Notes: a model not told the origin generated them from the sequence alone. A stretch of 49,803 nucleotides of DNA from Acutalibacteraceae bacterium (GCA_045636565.1 JAZTXU010000255.1:1-49803); one strand, 5' to 3'; counted from the first letter of the stretch, positions 18,390 to 26,830 are shown. A program made the numbers and translations.

Positions 18390-19469
18390 ATGGAAATATT
18401 TTTGGATATTATAATAACCGCTGCAGCATATATGGTAATACCTCTTGTTTATCTTGCAGTTAATCAAGGAAGGTTTGACGAAAAGCGAGCTCATAAAATT
18501 GCATTGTGGAATTCGATTATAATAGGCGCAGCTTTTATGCTTTTAACGATTGAGATGTCTGATGGTAATGTTGTTTGGAAAGCTGCCCCGGCAGTGCTAT
18601 GTTATTGGATCAATCGTGCAATTTTAACGAATAAAAAAAATGACAAGAACGAGAATGCTTCTACACATAGAGCAACAGTAGTTTCGCGTCCTAACACAAA
18701 TAGGCCTCCGCAAATATCAGACCCTAATGATCCGCCCCAGCAGTGGGGAACACCATTAAGTGATTTGGCGTTAGATGGTTCTGTTTCAGTCGATGCTGCC
18801 GGGATAGCAAACACAGCAAAAAACGAGCAAAATATAAAAATTGCTTATTGTCGCAAGTGCGGTACTGAATTAATGTCTGATAGTGCATTTTGCCATAAAT
18901 GCGGAGAAAAGGCAGTTATACCTCCAATTAAAGAGGAAACACCTGCAGAAATTTCTATCGAGACAAGAGTAGTACAAAATCAAGATGAAAAATTAAAGAC
19001 TTGTGAGCAAGAAACAGAAGCGAAAATTCGTAAAAAGAAAATTTCGAAAATCGCAATCATTGTAGGGTGTGTGGTACTTGCCGTTTTGTGCGTTTTGCCG
19101 CCATTGATAAAAAGCGTTAATGAATCGTATGCTTGGAAGGTCACAGTTCTTGGTTGGAATTCCGACGAATATAGTACAACATATCAATCTTCAATTAGTA
19201 AATATAACGCCGTCTATTGTCATATTAAGGTGACTGGCGGAGCGCCGGGAGATACTACGAGAATTAGAGTTTCTGGAACGCTCCCAGATGGTGAAACTAT
19301 CAATTTTACTTTTGATGATCTCAGTTATGATGGTTGGACTGGATGCTTTTATTGGGCTGATGGAATCTATATTGACCCGGAATATGGAGATAGCGGAATA
19401 ATTCAAGTGTTTTTTTACGATGATGAGGGGAATAGGATTGGACGCAGTTCGGTAATAATCACAAAATAA
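18390..19469 (+). CDS. Moron: multi-pass membrane protein with a zinc ribbon and a C-terminal extracytoplasmic domain (359 aa)
   Basis: Two to three N-terminal TM segments, CRKCGTELMSDSAFCHKCGEK, and a further TM segment ISKIAIIVGCVVLAVLCVLPPLI. Opposite strand to the flanking packaging genes, with its own promoter and terminator. Confidence 0.8.
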   Translation: MEIFLDIIITAAAYMVIPLVYLAVNQGRFDEKRAHKIALWNSIIIGAAFMLLTIEMSDGNVVWKAAPAVLCYWINRAILTNKKNDKNENASTHRATVVSRPNTNRPPQISDPNDPPQQWGTPLSDLALDGSVSVDAAGIANTAKNEQNIKIAYCRKCGTELMSDSAFCHKCGEKAVIPPIKEETPAEISIETRVVQNQDEKLKTCEQETEAKIRKKKISKIAIIVGCVVLAVLCVLPPLIKSVNESYAWKVTVLGWNSDEYSTTYQSSISKYNAVYCHIKVTGGAPGDTTRIRVSGTLPDGETINFTFDDLSYDGWTGCFYWADGIYIDPEYGDSGIIQVFFYDDEGNRIGRSSVIITK

Positions 19470-19508
19470 GTTGTTCGTAATAATTAAATAATATTATTTC
19501 AGTGCATT

Positions 19509-19545
19509 AGAGCCCATAACCTTAAACCGGTTATGGGCTCTTTTT
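19509..19545 (+). terminator. Rho-independent terminator of the moron gene
   Basis: Perfect 13-bp stem agagcccataacc / ggttatgggctct, 7-nt loop, T-run. Confidence 0.8.
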
Positions 19546-19549
19546 ATGC

Positions 19550-21184
19550 TTAAAAATACCTCTGAAAGATCTCCACCTTATTCCCCACAAGTGATGCTGC
19601 ATACTCAGCAAGCATTGCCATACCGTCGGGAACGTCGTCGTGCTTGTTCTTACCTGCAACAGTGTAGGTGCATAGCATATCTATCATCCTGCCGTAGTCG
19701 TCTTTTTTCTTGTACTGCGAGTTATCTTTAAATAGGCAGTGTTCTTTTACCCAAGCTGAGTTCAAGATTATCTTGGTTTCCTTGTTTGAGGTAGTGAACT
19801 TTGTGGTTATCTTGGTTATGCCGCCGAGCTTTTTAACTTCAGTCTGAATATCCTTTGCAACTCTACCGCCGGCGTTATTATGTTCAAATCGTGACATTTG
19901 GACCTTATTCTGAATTAAGCAGTTTGTAATACGGGGTTCCACAACTTCAGGGAGTCCGTTATCGCAAACACAGTCGGCAATGTAATAATCATTTCCGTAG
20001 ATATATGCAACAGGCATAAAGGCGTAGTCTTTTCCTTTATCCTTGGTGTCGCATATACTTATTATGCCATCGGGGTCCTTATCCGGAAGTTCAAAATATC
20101 TTCTGAGTTCATCTTCAGGGTAGAGTAAACCCTCTCTTTCAATAGGCTCATTCATATAAAGGGCTTTCCAGCTTGCATCGTCCATTGTGTCTCTCATATC
20201 GTGGTAAAAGTTTGTAGAAAAGCCCACACCGTTAGAGTAATCAAAGTTGCTTTCGTCGTTATCGTCAAGGGCGGGCATTACAATGAATTTTGCTTTATCG
20301 CTGTCAATATATTTGACTTCAAGCCTACCAATAACGTCGTGAACGGACCAACGGGTAGCAATATGTAATTCTCTGCAGTGGCCTATTTTTCTCTGTCTAA
20401 GGTCTGTGGTGTACTGCTCCCACAGTTTATCTAAACGCTCTTTGCTTAGTGCTTGCTCGATACCGCTAACAAGGTCATCACAGTAAAGAAGTCCTTCAGC
20501 TCTTACTTTACCTGCATTTCCGCTACCAACCGATGTAAACTGCAGCGTTGCAAATCTCTTAGGGGTACCAATATCTATTGCAAGATCTGCGGCATTGGTT
20601 CTCTCAATTTCAATATCTCTGAATACGTCGTGCCATAAATATTCGCTTTCTTTTCCGAGTATTCTTAAGCACTCATCATAAACACCACGAAGGAAGCTGT
20701 TACTGTGGCTTCCCGTTAGCATTGGTTTATCCGGGTATTTTCCTGCAAGCCACGTAAGAAAGAAGATTGCAAGGGTTGTTTTACCCACACCGGGCGGCAT
20801 TGAGATTGCAAGCACTTCAAGTTTACCTTCCGCAAGCTCCTGCAGTGCATCTGCTACCACTTTAAGTTGTTTACGGCGGGGCAAATAGAACCTTTTGTTT
20901 GCTGCTCTATTCCACTCTAAATACTGGCAGTAGCTATCAAAGTCTGTGGGAGCTGCCATAAGGAGCGTTTTCTTATATAACTGGCGGTAATTCTCTGCGT
21001 GTTCGGGACGGTCATTTTTAAATTTTTGTGATTTTTCTGCGCAGATCTTTCGCACCTTAAAGCATAGGTCCAAGTCCTGTGTGCTGTAGGCAAGATCAAA
21101 AAGGGCCTCCACGTTTTTGAAAATGTCGTGGGATTTCTTCTGAAGTAAGTCTTTCTTTAATTTTGCGATTGAAGTTTTATCCAT
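19550..21184 (-). CDS. terL: Terminase large subunit
   Basis: Walker A PPGVGKTT, Walker B LLYCDDLVSG, ATRWSVHDVIG, and a C-terminal RNase H-like nuclease region. The start MDKTSIAKL has RBS ggaggtaaat. Confidence 0.85.
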   Translation of the reverse strand: MDKTSIAKLKKDLLQKKSHDIFKNVEALFDLAYSTQDLDLCFKVRKICAEKSQKFKNDRPEHAENYRQLYKKTLLMAAPTDFDSYCQYLEWNRAANKRFYLPRRKQLKVVADALQELAEGKLEVLAISMPPGVGKTTLAIFFLTWLAGKYPDKPMLTGSHSNSFLRGVYDECLRILGKESEYLWHDVFRDIEIERTNAADLAIDIGTPKRFATLQFTSVGSGNAGKVRAEGLLYCDDLVSGIEQALSKERLDKLWEQYTTDLRQRKIGHCRELHIATRWSVHDVIGRLEVKYIDSDKAKFIVMPALDDNDESNFDYSNGVGFSTNFYHDMRDTMDDASWKALYMNEPIEREGLLYPEDELRRYFELPDKDPDGIISICDTKDKGKDYAFMPVAYIYGNDYYIADCVCDNGLPEVVEPRITNCLIQNKVQMSRFEHNNAGGRVAKDIQTEVKKLGGITKITTKFTTSNKETKIILNSAWVKEHCLFKDNSQYKKKDDYGRMIDMLCTYTVAGKNKHDDVPDGMAMLAEYAASLVGNKVEIFQRYF

Positions 21185-21204
21185 ATTTACCTCCAAATAA
21201 AAAA

Positions 21205-21234
21205 GAGCCAACAACCAGTTAAGGTTATTGGCTC
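21205..21234 (-). terminator. Hairpin plus T6 immediately upstream of the terL RBS
   Basis: The minus strand reads gagccaataacc ttaact ggttgttggctc tttttt atttggaggtaaatATG. 12-bp stem with 1 mismatch. Confidence 0.55.
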
Positions 21235-21265
21235 AAGGGCTCTGTAATTTATTTAATTGCTATGA

Positions 21266-21448
21266 TTATTTAAGGCTTTTTAAAGCCCTTTCCAACAATT
21301 CATTTAATACATCACTAAAATCTTTATTATTTATTCCTACCTGCTTATTAATCTGTTCAAGTAACTCGTTTTTGATTCTTATATTATATATTACAGTATA
21401 GTCCAGTGAGTCTGTTCTTCTAAATAATATATCCATACAATCATCCAT
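21266..21448 (-). CDS. Ribbon-helix-helix (Arc/CopG-like) small DNA-binding protein (60 aa)
   Basis: YNIRIKNELLEQINKQVGINNKDFSDVLNELLERALKSL fits a beta-strand plus two helices. Divergent from a repeat array. Confidence 0.5.
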   Translation of the reverse strand: MDDCMDILFRRTDSLDYTVIYNIRIKNELLEQINKQVGINNKDFSDVLNELLERALKSLK

Positions 21449-21609
21449 TATTCTTCATCCTTCCTTTTTGTGTTTAGACCCTTCTTTTGTAATATTAAAA
21501 ATTGCAGTTCATTGCAGTATTTATTTTTTATAATATTATCAAAGTTAACCAAAGCACGCTACCAATTTTGCACCCTACATTTTCGATAGCGAAAATGTAG
21601 TTTTAGAGC

Positions 21610-21745
21610 TCAAAAATATCAAATTCGAGAACCGCTTTTGCAAATTTGATAACCTGATTTTGCAACCTCGAAGCTTCATTTTTCAAGTTCGATTCCGCAA
21701 ATGCAATCTCGATTTCACCTTTGCAAATTTGATTATTGCATTTAA
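21610..21745. repeat. Array of degenerate units of about 21 bp containing TTGCAA / TCGA cores
   Basis: Examples: ttttgcaaatttgataacctga, ttttgcaacctcgaagcttca, tttttcaagttcgattccgc, aaatgcaatctcgatttcacc, tttgcaaatttgattattgca. TTGCAAATTTGAT occurs twice (21637 and 21720). Confidence 0.6.
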
Positions 21746-21764
21746 TTTACATTTTTGGTATTAT
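21736..21764 (+). promoter_or_regulatory. Sigma-70-like promoter abutting the repeat array
   Basis: TTGCAT, 17-nt spacer, TATTAT with an upstream TGn. Confidence 0.45.
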
Positions 21765-21811
21765 GTGCTCATAGGTTACACCTATTATACACGAAAGGAC
21801 CGCAAAAGTCA

Positions 21812-21964
21812 ATGACAATCAAAGAACTCTTGGCAATCATCACCACTCTCCCCGAGGACACCGGAATCCTCATCGAAGAAACCGACGTAAATGAGCTTGA
21901 AACCGTTGAGGTTCAGTATCATTCCGACGGGCGAATGCACGTTATTCTCTCAGTGGCTGAGTGA
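21812..21964 (+). CDS. Small acidic protein of unknown function (50 aa from the ATG)
   Basis: MTIKELLAIITTLPEDTGILIEETDVNELETVEVQYHSDGRMHVILSVAE. The ORF-track TTG start at 21755 would lie inside the promoter. Confidence 0.4.
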   Translation: MTIKELLAIITTLPEDTGILIEETDVNELETVEVQYHSDGRMHVILSVAE

Positions 21965-22148
21965 GTAGGTAAACTGAAATGATGTACTCTATTGACTTTT
22001 TGTAACTTTCATTGTCAAGTTTTGTCGAACGATTTAACTTGATTTTACCAAATTTTTCCTGTATAATATTTATGCGATTGACGGTTATTTCCATCCCGTC
22101 ACGCGCTTCTTTCTTAATTGTGCGATGGTGTTTCCGCGCATCGTCCAC
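21942..22148 (-). CDS. Hypothetical 68-aa ORF (GTG start), possibly not coding
   Basis: ORF only. Weak RBS. It overlaps the convergent plus-strand gene and contains a strong plus-strand promoter. Confidence 0.2.
   Translation of the reverse strand: MDDARKHHRTIKKEARDGMEITVNRINIIQEKFGKIKLNRSTKLDNESYKKSIEYIISVYLLTQPLRE
22039..22067 (+). promoter_or_regulatory. Sigma-70-like promoter inside or antisense to the 68-aa ORF
   Basis: TTGATT, exactly 17 nt, TATAAT. About 140 nt downstream is the hairpin ttaaacggcc...ggccgtttaa. Confidence 0.4.
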
Positions 22149-22244
22149 ACTCGCGCCTTAAGCGTGTTAAACGGCCTTGCCTATTAATTCAGGTGAGGCC
22201 GTTTAACGTTTGAATAGCAAGAGCCTTAACTTTTTGCAAAGGAA

Positions 22245-22275
22245 AAGCCCTTGCTCAATAAATAAGCAAGGGCTT
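22245..22275 (-). terminator. Terminator downstream of the anchored secreted-protein gene
   Basis: 11-bp stem aagcccttgct / agcaagggctt, 9-nt loop, T-rich minus-strand tail. Confidence 0.6.
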
Positions 22276-22337
22276 CTCCAAAAACATTTTTTCCAGGAAC
22301 AAAGAAAAATGTATGAGTTGGATTGTTTAGAGCGAAA

Positions 22338-23147
22338 TTATGCTTTGCGAGCTTTTACAACGAATGCTGCTGCCATAAGAGCAACGATCATTGCGCCTAC
22401 GATAGCAACTACTTCGATGTCAGCGGGGCCTGCGTTGGAAACGGTAAATGCGGTAACATCTGCAACAGAACCGTTGTTGGATTTGATAACGAGGTTTCTG
22501 AAGGAAGGCTGACCGCCGTCGCCGTTATTTGCAAGACAGAAGAAGTTACCGTTCGAGGTAGCAGCTACACCGTCGATAGCGATCTGATCGTTTACCATAT
22601 AGGTAACGTAGTTGTCTTCAACTATAACCTTAACGGTGTTCCACTGACCTGCTTTGATTCCGAGATCTGCGTAAGATGCGCAAGAAGCCGTAACGGAAGC
22701 GGTGCTGTCAAAGCACTCTATTACTGCGTAGGTGTTACCCCAGTTTGCATAATTATCGGGAGTGCCTGCCGGATGTCCTTCATAGTTAATGAGCTTGAGG
22801 GCCATACCTAAAAGCCACATATTTGTTGCGGGATTAGTAGCCTTAACCGAGATAACGGGAGCACCGGTAACATAAGCGCCGCCTGCGAGGGTCTTTTCGG
22901 GAACGTAAACTTCAACGGTAGCGGTGTAGTTGTTGTTGAATGCAGAAACGTCGTAACCTACGGTGAGGTTTGCAAAGTCTGCGGGATTGCCCCAATTCAT
23001 TGAGAGAGAACCGTCTGCATTGATTTTGTGCATATCATCGGTGGTGCCGGTTACGGTAACCCAACCTGAGGGGAGAACTGCGCTTGCAGAAACAGCAAGT
23101 GCAAATACAAGGGTAAGTGCGATTGCGAGTGTCAAGATTTTTTTCAT
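22338..23147 (-). CDS. Secreted, C-terminally membrane-anchored beta-sandwich protein (LamG/DUF1080-like guess)
   Basis: Signal peptide MKKILTLAIALTLVFALAVSASA. C-terminal TM segment IEVVAIVGAMIVALMAAAFVVKARKA. QWNTVKVIVEDNYVTYMVNDQ...SFRNLVIK pattern. Confidence 0.6.
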   Translation of the reverse strand: MKKILTLAIALTLVFALAVSASAVLPSGWVTVTGTTDDMHKINADGSLSMNWGNPADFANLTVGYDVSAFNNNYTATVEVYVPEKTLAGGAYVTGAPVISVKATNPATNMWLLGMALKLINYEGHPAGTPDNYANWGNTYAVIECFDSTASVTASCASYADLGIKAGQWNTVKVIVEDNYVTYMVNDQIAIDGVAATSNGNFFCLANNGDGGQPSFRNLVIKSNNGSVADVTAFTVSNAGPADIEVVAIVGAMIVALMAAAFVVKARKA

Positions 23148-23177
23148 TTGTTTTTCTTCCTTTCGGTTTTAATATTT

Positions 23178-24011
23178 TTATGCTTTATTTCCACAACCGC
23201 CCTTATTTTCTGCAGGGGGATTTACAGTGGTTGAGGACTCGGGCTCGGAGGGAGCGGGCTCACTTGATGAGGGAGGATTTACCTCAACGCCTTCACCGCC
23301 AACGAGAACGAGAGTGTTGAATTTTGCAGCGTTGCAGATTTCATCGTAATCAGCATAAAGACCGCCGGACTCAACGTTCATAATGATGTTACCAAAGCCC
23401 ATCTTCAAACCGCTCTTGACAACGAAATTTTCGTTCTTCTTTCTGAGAGCGTCCCATTTGATGAGGATTTCCAAAACGTAGCCGTCAGCATTGATGGTAG
23501 CCTGAATGTCAATAATGTTTTCCACTGCACCGGTAGCGTACTGGCAGTGCTCGTACCAGATAGCGTGGTTATCGGTGGTGTTAGACTGAGGAACAAAGTC
23601 AAAGATGTAAGAATCGGTGTAACCGTTTGTCTTTTTGTTCAAAGGATCGAATTCAATCTGAATAGCATCGGTTCCATTAAGAGGCTGAGTATTTGTGTAA
23701 ACGTTGGGGTCGAGATTGTTATCCTTGACGTCAGCGTAAACATAAAGACCGTTTTCGTTCCAGAAATAGTAATAATCGGTCACAAAAGGAACGGAGCCTA
23801 CTCTGAATCCGGGAGTGGATTCGTCGATTGTAAACTTCTTTGCGTTTGCCCATTCACCGTCAGTGATGGTTCCGTCAATGGTGGGTGCGTTTTCAGGTGC
23901 GATGTAAGGGATTTCCGCGTCTGCCTTTGCGGTAGAACCTACAAAGGTAAATGCCGCGAATGCGGAGATGACAAGGGAAAGTGCTAGGATGATTGACAAT
24001 GTTTTTTTCAT
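23178..24011 (-). CDS. Secreted CBM9-like carbohydrate-binding protein
   Basis: Signal peptide. IDGTITDGEWANAKKFTI ... NGLYVYADVKDNNL ... TDAIQIEFDP, characteristic of family-9 CBM / DOMON-like modules. Pro/Ser-rich C-terminal tail. Confidence 0.6.
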   Translation of the reverse strand: MKKTLSIILALSLVISAFAAFTFVGSTAKADAEIPYIAPENAPTIDGTITDGEWANAKKFTIDESTPGFRVGSVPFVTDYYYFWNENGLYVYADVKDNNLDPNVYTNTQPLNGTDAIQIEFDPLNKKTNGYTDSYIFDFVPQSNTTDNHAIWYEHCQYATGAVENIIDIQATINADGYVLEILIKWDALRKKNENFVVKSGLKMGFGNIIMNVESGGLYADYDEICNAAKFNTLVLVGGEGVEVNPPSSSEPAPSEPESSTTVNPPAENKGGCGNKA

Positions 24012-24291
24012 TTGTTCATTTTCCTTTCGAATTAATATTTTTTTGCTTTTAACATCCTATTGATTTCTTTATAATACAAATGTTTTACACTTAATCACAA
24101 CAAAACGTCCAACTCAATCATTTTGAAGTTTTTTCGTGTTTTATACTATAAAACGACAAATCAATAGTCCCTTATGTTTTTATTCGCTATTATCAAATAT
24201 TTGTAAATATTTTTTTCTACTTTTTTAATGATGCTTCAATGCAGGCTTTTTGTTTTATGATTGTTCTGGGCTTTGGTTGATAGATTTAATT

Positions 24292-25980
24292 TTAACCAAT
24301 CATTTCCTCATACCAAGCATTTACGTCTGCGGTAATTTCAGTGCCGCCCTGATTATAATACTCTTCAACGAGAACGTCGAAGTAATCGAGCTCCATCTCG
24401 CCGATGATTATCTGAGCAAAGCCAACGGTAAGCATACCCTTGAGATTTGTGTTGAATTCGAGCATACTTTCGGTGTCAGCTCCCTGATAAAGGGTTGTAA
24501 ATCTGTCGTGACCTGCTTCTGCAACCTTAAGGTTTGCGCCGTCGATGCCGTACATTCTCTCCCAGTACCAGTTGTTTATGTTACCGGTGTCGAGGTAATT
24601 CTTAACGTTATCGTAAACCTGTCTGTCCTGTCCTGCCTTCAAAACTGACTCGTCGCCGGTTTCGAGAGCTTCCTTGATTCTCTCTGCAATGCCAGAGTTA
24701 TCGCCGGTGGTTCTCTGGGTGATTGCGGGAGCAAGGTTGTAGTAGTGAGTGGTACCGTCCATAGAGTACATATACTCTGCCTGAATTGCAATATCGTCTT
24801 CAGCTGCTGCTTCGATCTCGCAGTACATATTCATAAGAAGAACGGAAACTGCGGGATATTTGCATTCCTTGCTTACAACATACTGACGGAAGGTGTTAAG
24901 CGAAGAGCTGATAACGGGATCGGAGCCGTCTGCCGAAAAGAGGGTGAAGGAGGTCATTTCGAACTCGCTGTTCTGTCTCTTAAGGTTCTTAAATACGTTC
25001 ACGTAGTTGGTGGTACCCTCAATACAGCCTGCTTTTCCCTGCAAAACACCGTTATAGCCTGCGTAAAGCGCATTCTCATCCTCGGTTATGGGGTAGATAC
25101 CGCCTGCGGCGTAAAGGTTGCGGAGCTCTGCAAGAGCAGTTTTCATTTCGGGCTGGATAGAGCCGTACTCAAGCTTACCGGTATCCTCGTTAAGTACCCA
25201 CTGATCGGGGAAGGCGCCGAAGGTGTTGAATATCATGTTGTTGAGTGCGCCTGCATCGAGGAGGTTGAGGCCGAGGCCATAGGTGTCGTCAATATTATTG
25301 CCGTCGGGATCCTGATTTGCAAAGGCAATCATAACGTCCTTGAAATCATCCCAATTATCGGGAACGCTCTTGTTTACGGCATCGAGCCAATCCTGACGGA
25401 TCCACCATACAACGTTTTTGGAGTTACCGACAACGATGTGGGGAAGAGCGTAGATCTCGCCGCCGAAGGTTGCGGAATAGAATACCTGATCGCCTACGAG
25501 CTCGATGGCGTCCTTATAATCCTCACAGGCATAGAGCTCTATCATTTCGTCGATAGGCTGAATGAGGTCGGCATTGTAAAGCTTACTTACGTAGTTGATT
25601 GCAATTGTGTCGTAAAGGCAGTTTACGTAGTCGGGAATCTCGCCGAGCAAGATGGCGTTATCGAGCTTCTGTATATAAGATCCGCTTTCGTGAATTTCCC
25701 ACTCAAGCTTAAGGTCGATACCGTAGTTGGACTTTGCAAGTCTGGTCCACGAGGTATCTCCCGTGGTCCAGTCGGGGTTGCCGTCTGCATCCTTGTGATG
25801 GTCAACGGCTTCCTGACCCGAGCCGACGAAGGGATACGCCCAGGTTACCTTAACGGTGGGGGAGTATTTGCCGTCGATAACTTCAGACTGAATTTCGGGT
25901 TCGCCGCAGGATGCGAGCATTCCGAGACAGCCGATAATCATAACGACGGTGAGGAGTATTGCGCTGATTCGTTTTTTCAT
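24292..25980 (-). CDS. Orphan extracellular solute-binding lipoprotein (large LplA-type ABC substrate-binding protein)
   Basis: Lipobox GMLASC. WWIRQDWLDAVNKSVPDNWDDFKDVMIAFANQDPDGNNIDDTYGL is typical of sugar SBPs of about 550 aa. No permease or ATPase genes are nearby. Confidence 0.75.
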   Translation of the reverse strand: MKKRISAILLTVVMIIGCLGMLASCGEPEIQSEVIDGKYSPTVKVTWAYPFVGSGQEAVDHHKDADGNPDWTTGDTSWTRLAKSNYGIDLKLEWEIHESGSYIQKLDNAILLGEIPDYVNCLYDTIAINYVSKLYNADLIQPIDEMIELYACEDYKDAIELVGDQVFYSATFGGEIYALPHIVVGNSKNVVWWIRQDWLDAVNKSVPDNWDDFKDVMIAFANQDPDGNNIDDTYGLGLNLLDAGALNNMIFNTFGAFPDQWVLNEDTGKLEYGSIQPEMKTALAELRNLYAAGGIYPITEDENALYAGYNGVLQGKAGCIEGTTNYVNVFKNLKRQNSEFEMTSFTLFSADGSDPVISSSLNTFRQYVVSKECKYPAVSVLLMNMYCEIEAAAEDDIAIQAEYMYSMDGTTHYYNLAPAITQRTTGDNSGIAERIKEALETGDESVLKAGQDRQVYDNVKNYLDTGNINNWYWERMYGIDGANLKVAEAGHDRFTTLYQGADTESMLEFNTNLKGMLTVGFAQIIIGEMELDYFDVLVEEYYNQGGTEITADVNAWYEEMIG

Positions 25981-26120
25981 TGCTATATTCCTTTCTGTAT
26001 TTTAATTTTTATCCAAGGTGTCAAGTGAGGTAAAATAAAGGTAGGTTTATGTAAATAAAAATATTTTAAAAATTGTTGATTTGCAACCGCAAAGAAAAGT
26101 TTATTATAAGCTATTTGCAT

Positions 26121-26354
26121 CTAGGGACCGCCGTTTATAAAACGAGGTTTGCCTATTTTGGGGATATTCTGCGTTTCGAGCGTGTAACGACCCGGTCCAA
26201 ACAAATCAAGAGCCTGCCCGTTCATAAAGAAGATAACTTCCTGTGATTCGTGTACGATAAGCTGAGTAAGGCTGTTGAAATCTTCATTTGGATGTTTCCA
26301 AATAAATGTACTATTATCCCCCTCATACTTAATAATATCCGCAATCTGTGCCAT
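26121..26354 (-). pseudogene. 5-prime fragment (77 codons) of an SPFH / 'virion core protein'-type (YdjI-like) gene
   Basis: RBS ggaggtgatttt then MAQIADIIKYEGDNSTFIWKHPNEDFNSLTQLIVHESQEVIFFMNGQALDLFGPGRYTLETQNIP. The sequence then diverges and stops. From memory, full-length members are about 300 aa or more. Confidence 0.55.
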
Positions 26355-26804
26355 AAAATCACCTCCAATAAAATAAAAAAATGCGGCTACCGAAGTAACC
26401 GCATAAAAAATACAAACTCCGATAGTCGCCAAACTAATTATACAAAATGGTGTTACCCAGTTCCGTTATAATGGAATTTGCATTTTTATCAAATTCATAC
26501 GGAAACTGAAAAATGGCACAATATCCCCTTGGATATAAAAACACCACTTTATATATTAAATTAGTTTGGCATAATTATTTTACCACAATATTCTCCAAAA
26601 TTCAACAAGTTTTGAAAAATTTGTAAAAATATATAATGAGTAAAATTTCAAAAAAGCAAATAAAAAACCGAGGGTTTTAGTTGGTGTTGGCTTGAAATTG
26701 CGACCGTTGCGGGCAGGCGTTGGATTGGAAGAAATATAAATAAAAAATTAGCTCGAATTGCGCTGATTTTAAAAAAGAAAAAATTAGCTTTACAGCACAA
26801 AGAA

Positions 26805-26830
26805 AGAGCCTTGCTTTTCAGCAGGGCTCT
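26805..26830 (-). terminator. Terminator closing the toxin/immunity transcription unit
   Basis: 11-bp stem agagccctgct / agcaaggctct (minus strand, one G-U pair), then ttctttgtg. Confidence 0.55.

Noticed and set aside
21266-21448. The 60-aa RHH protein as the true small terminase, or as half of a toxin-antitoxin pair
   Set aside because: It is too small for known small terminases, and no adjacent toxin-like ORF is present. It is kept as a DNA-binding regulator candidate. The terS call at 38339-38878 still needs profile confirmation.
24745-26028. 427-aa plus-strand ORF antisense to the solute-binding protein gene, and similar shadows at 22323-22811 and 23547-23987
   Set aside because: These are stop-poor antisense frames of GC-richer genes. 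The minus-strand products have clear signal peptides and family motifs, while the plus-strand translations are Val/Gly/Cys-rich with no recognisable features.
26668-26735. GC-rich patch in an AT-rich spacer (gttggtgttggcttgaaattgcgaccgttgcgggcaggcgttggattgg), considered as a tRNA or att remnant
   Set aside because: I could not fold a cloverleaf, and no T-loop or anticodon-arm consensus is visible. No matching repeat was found elsewhere in the window by eye.
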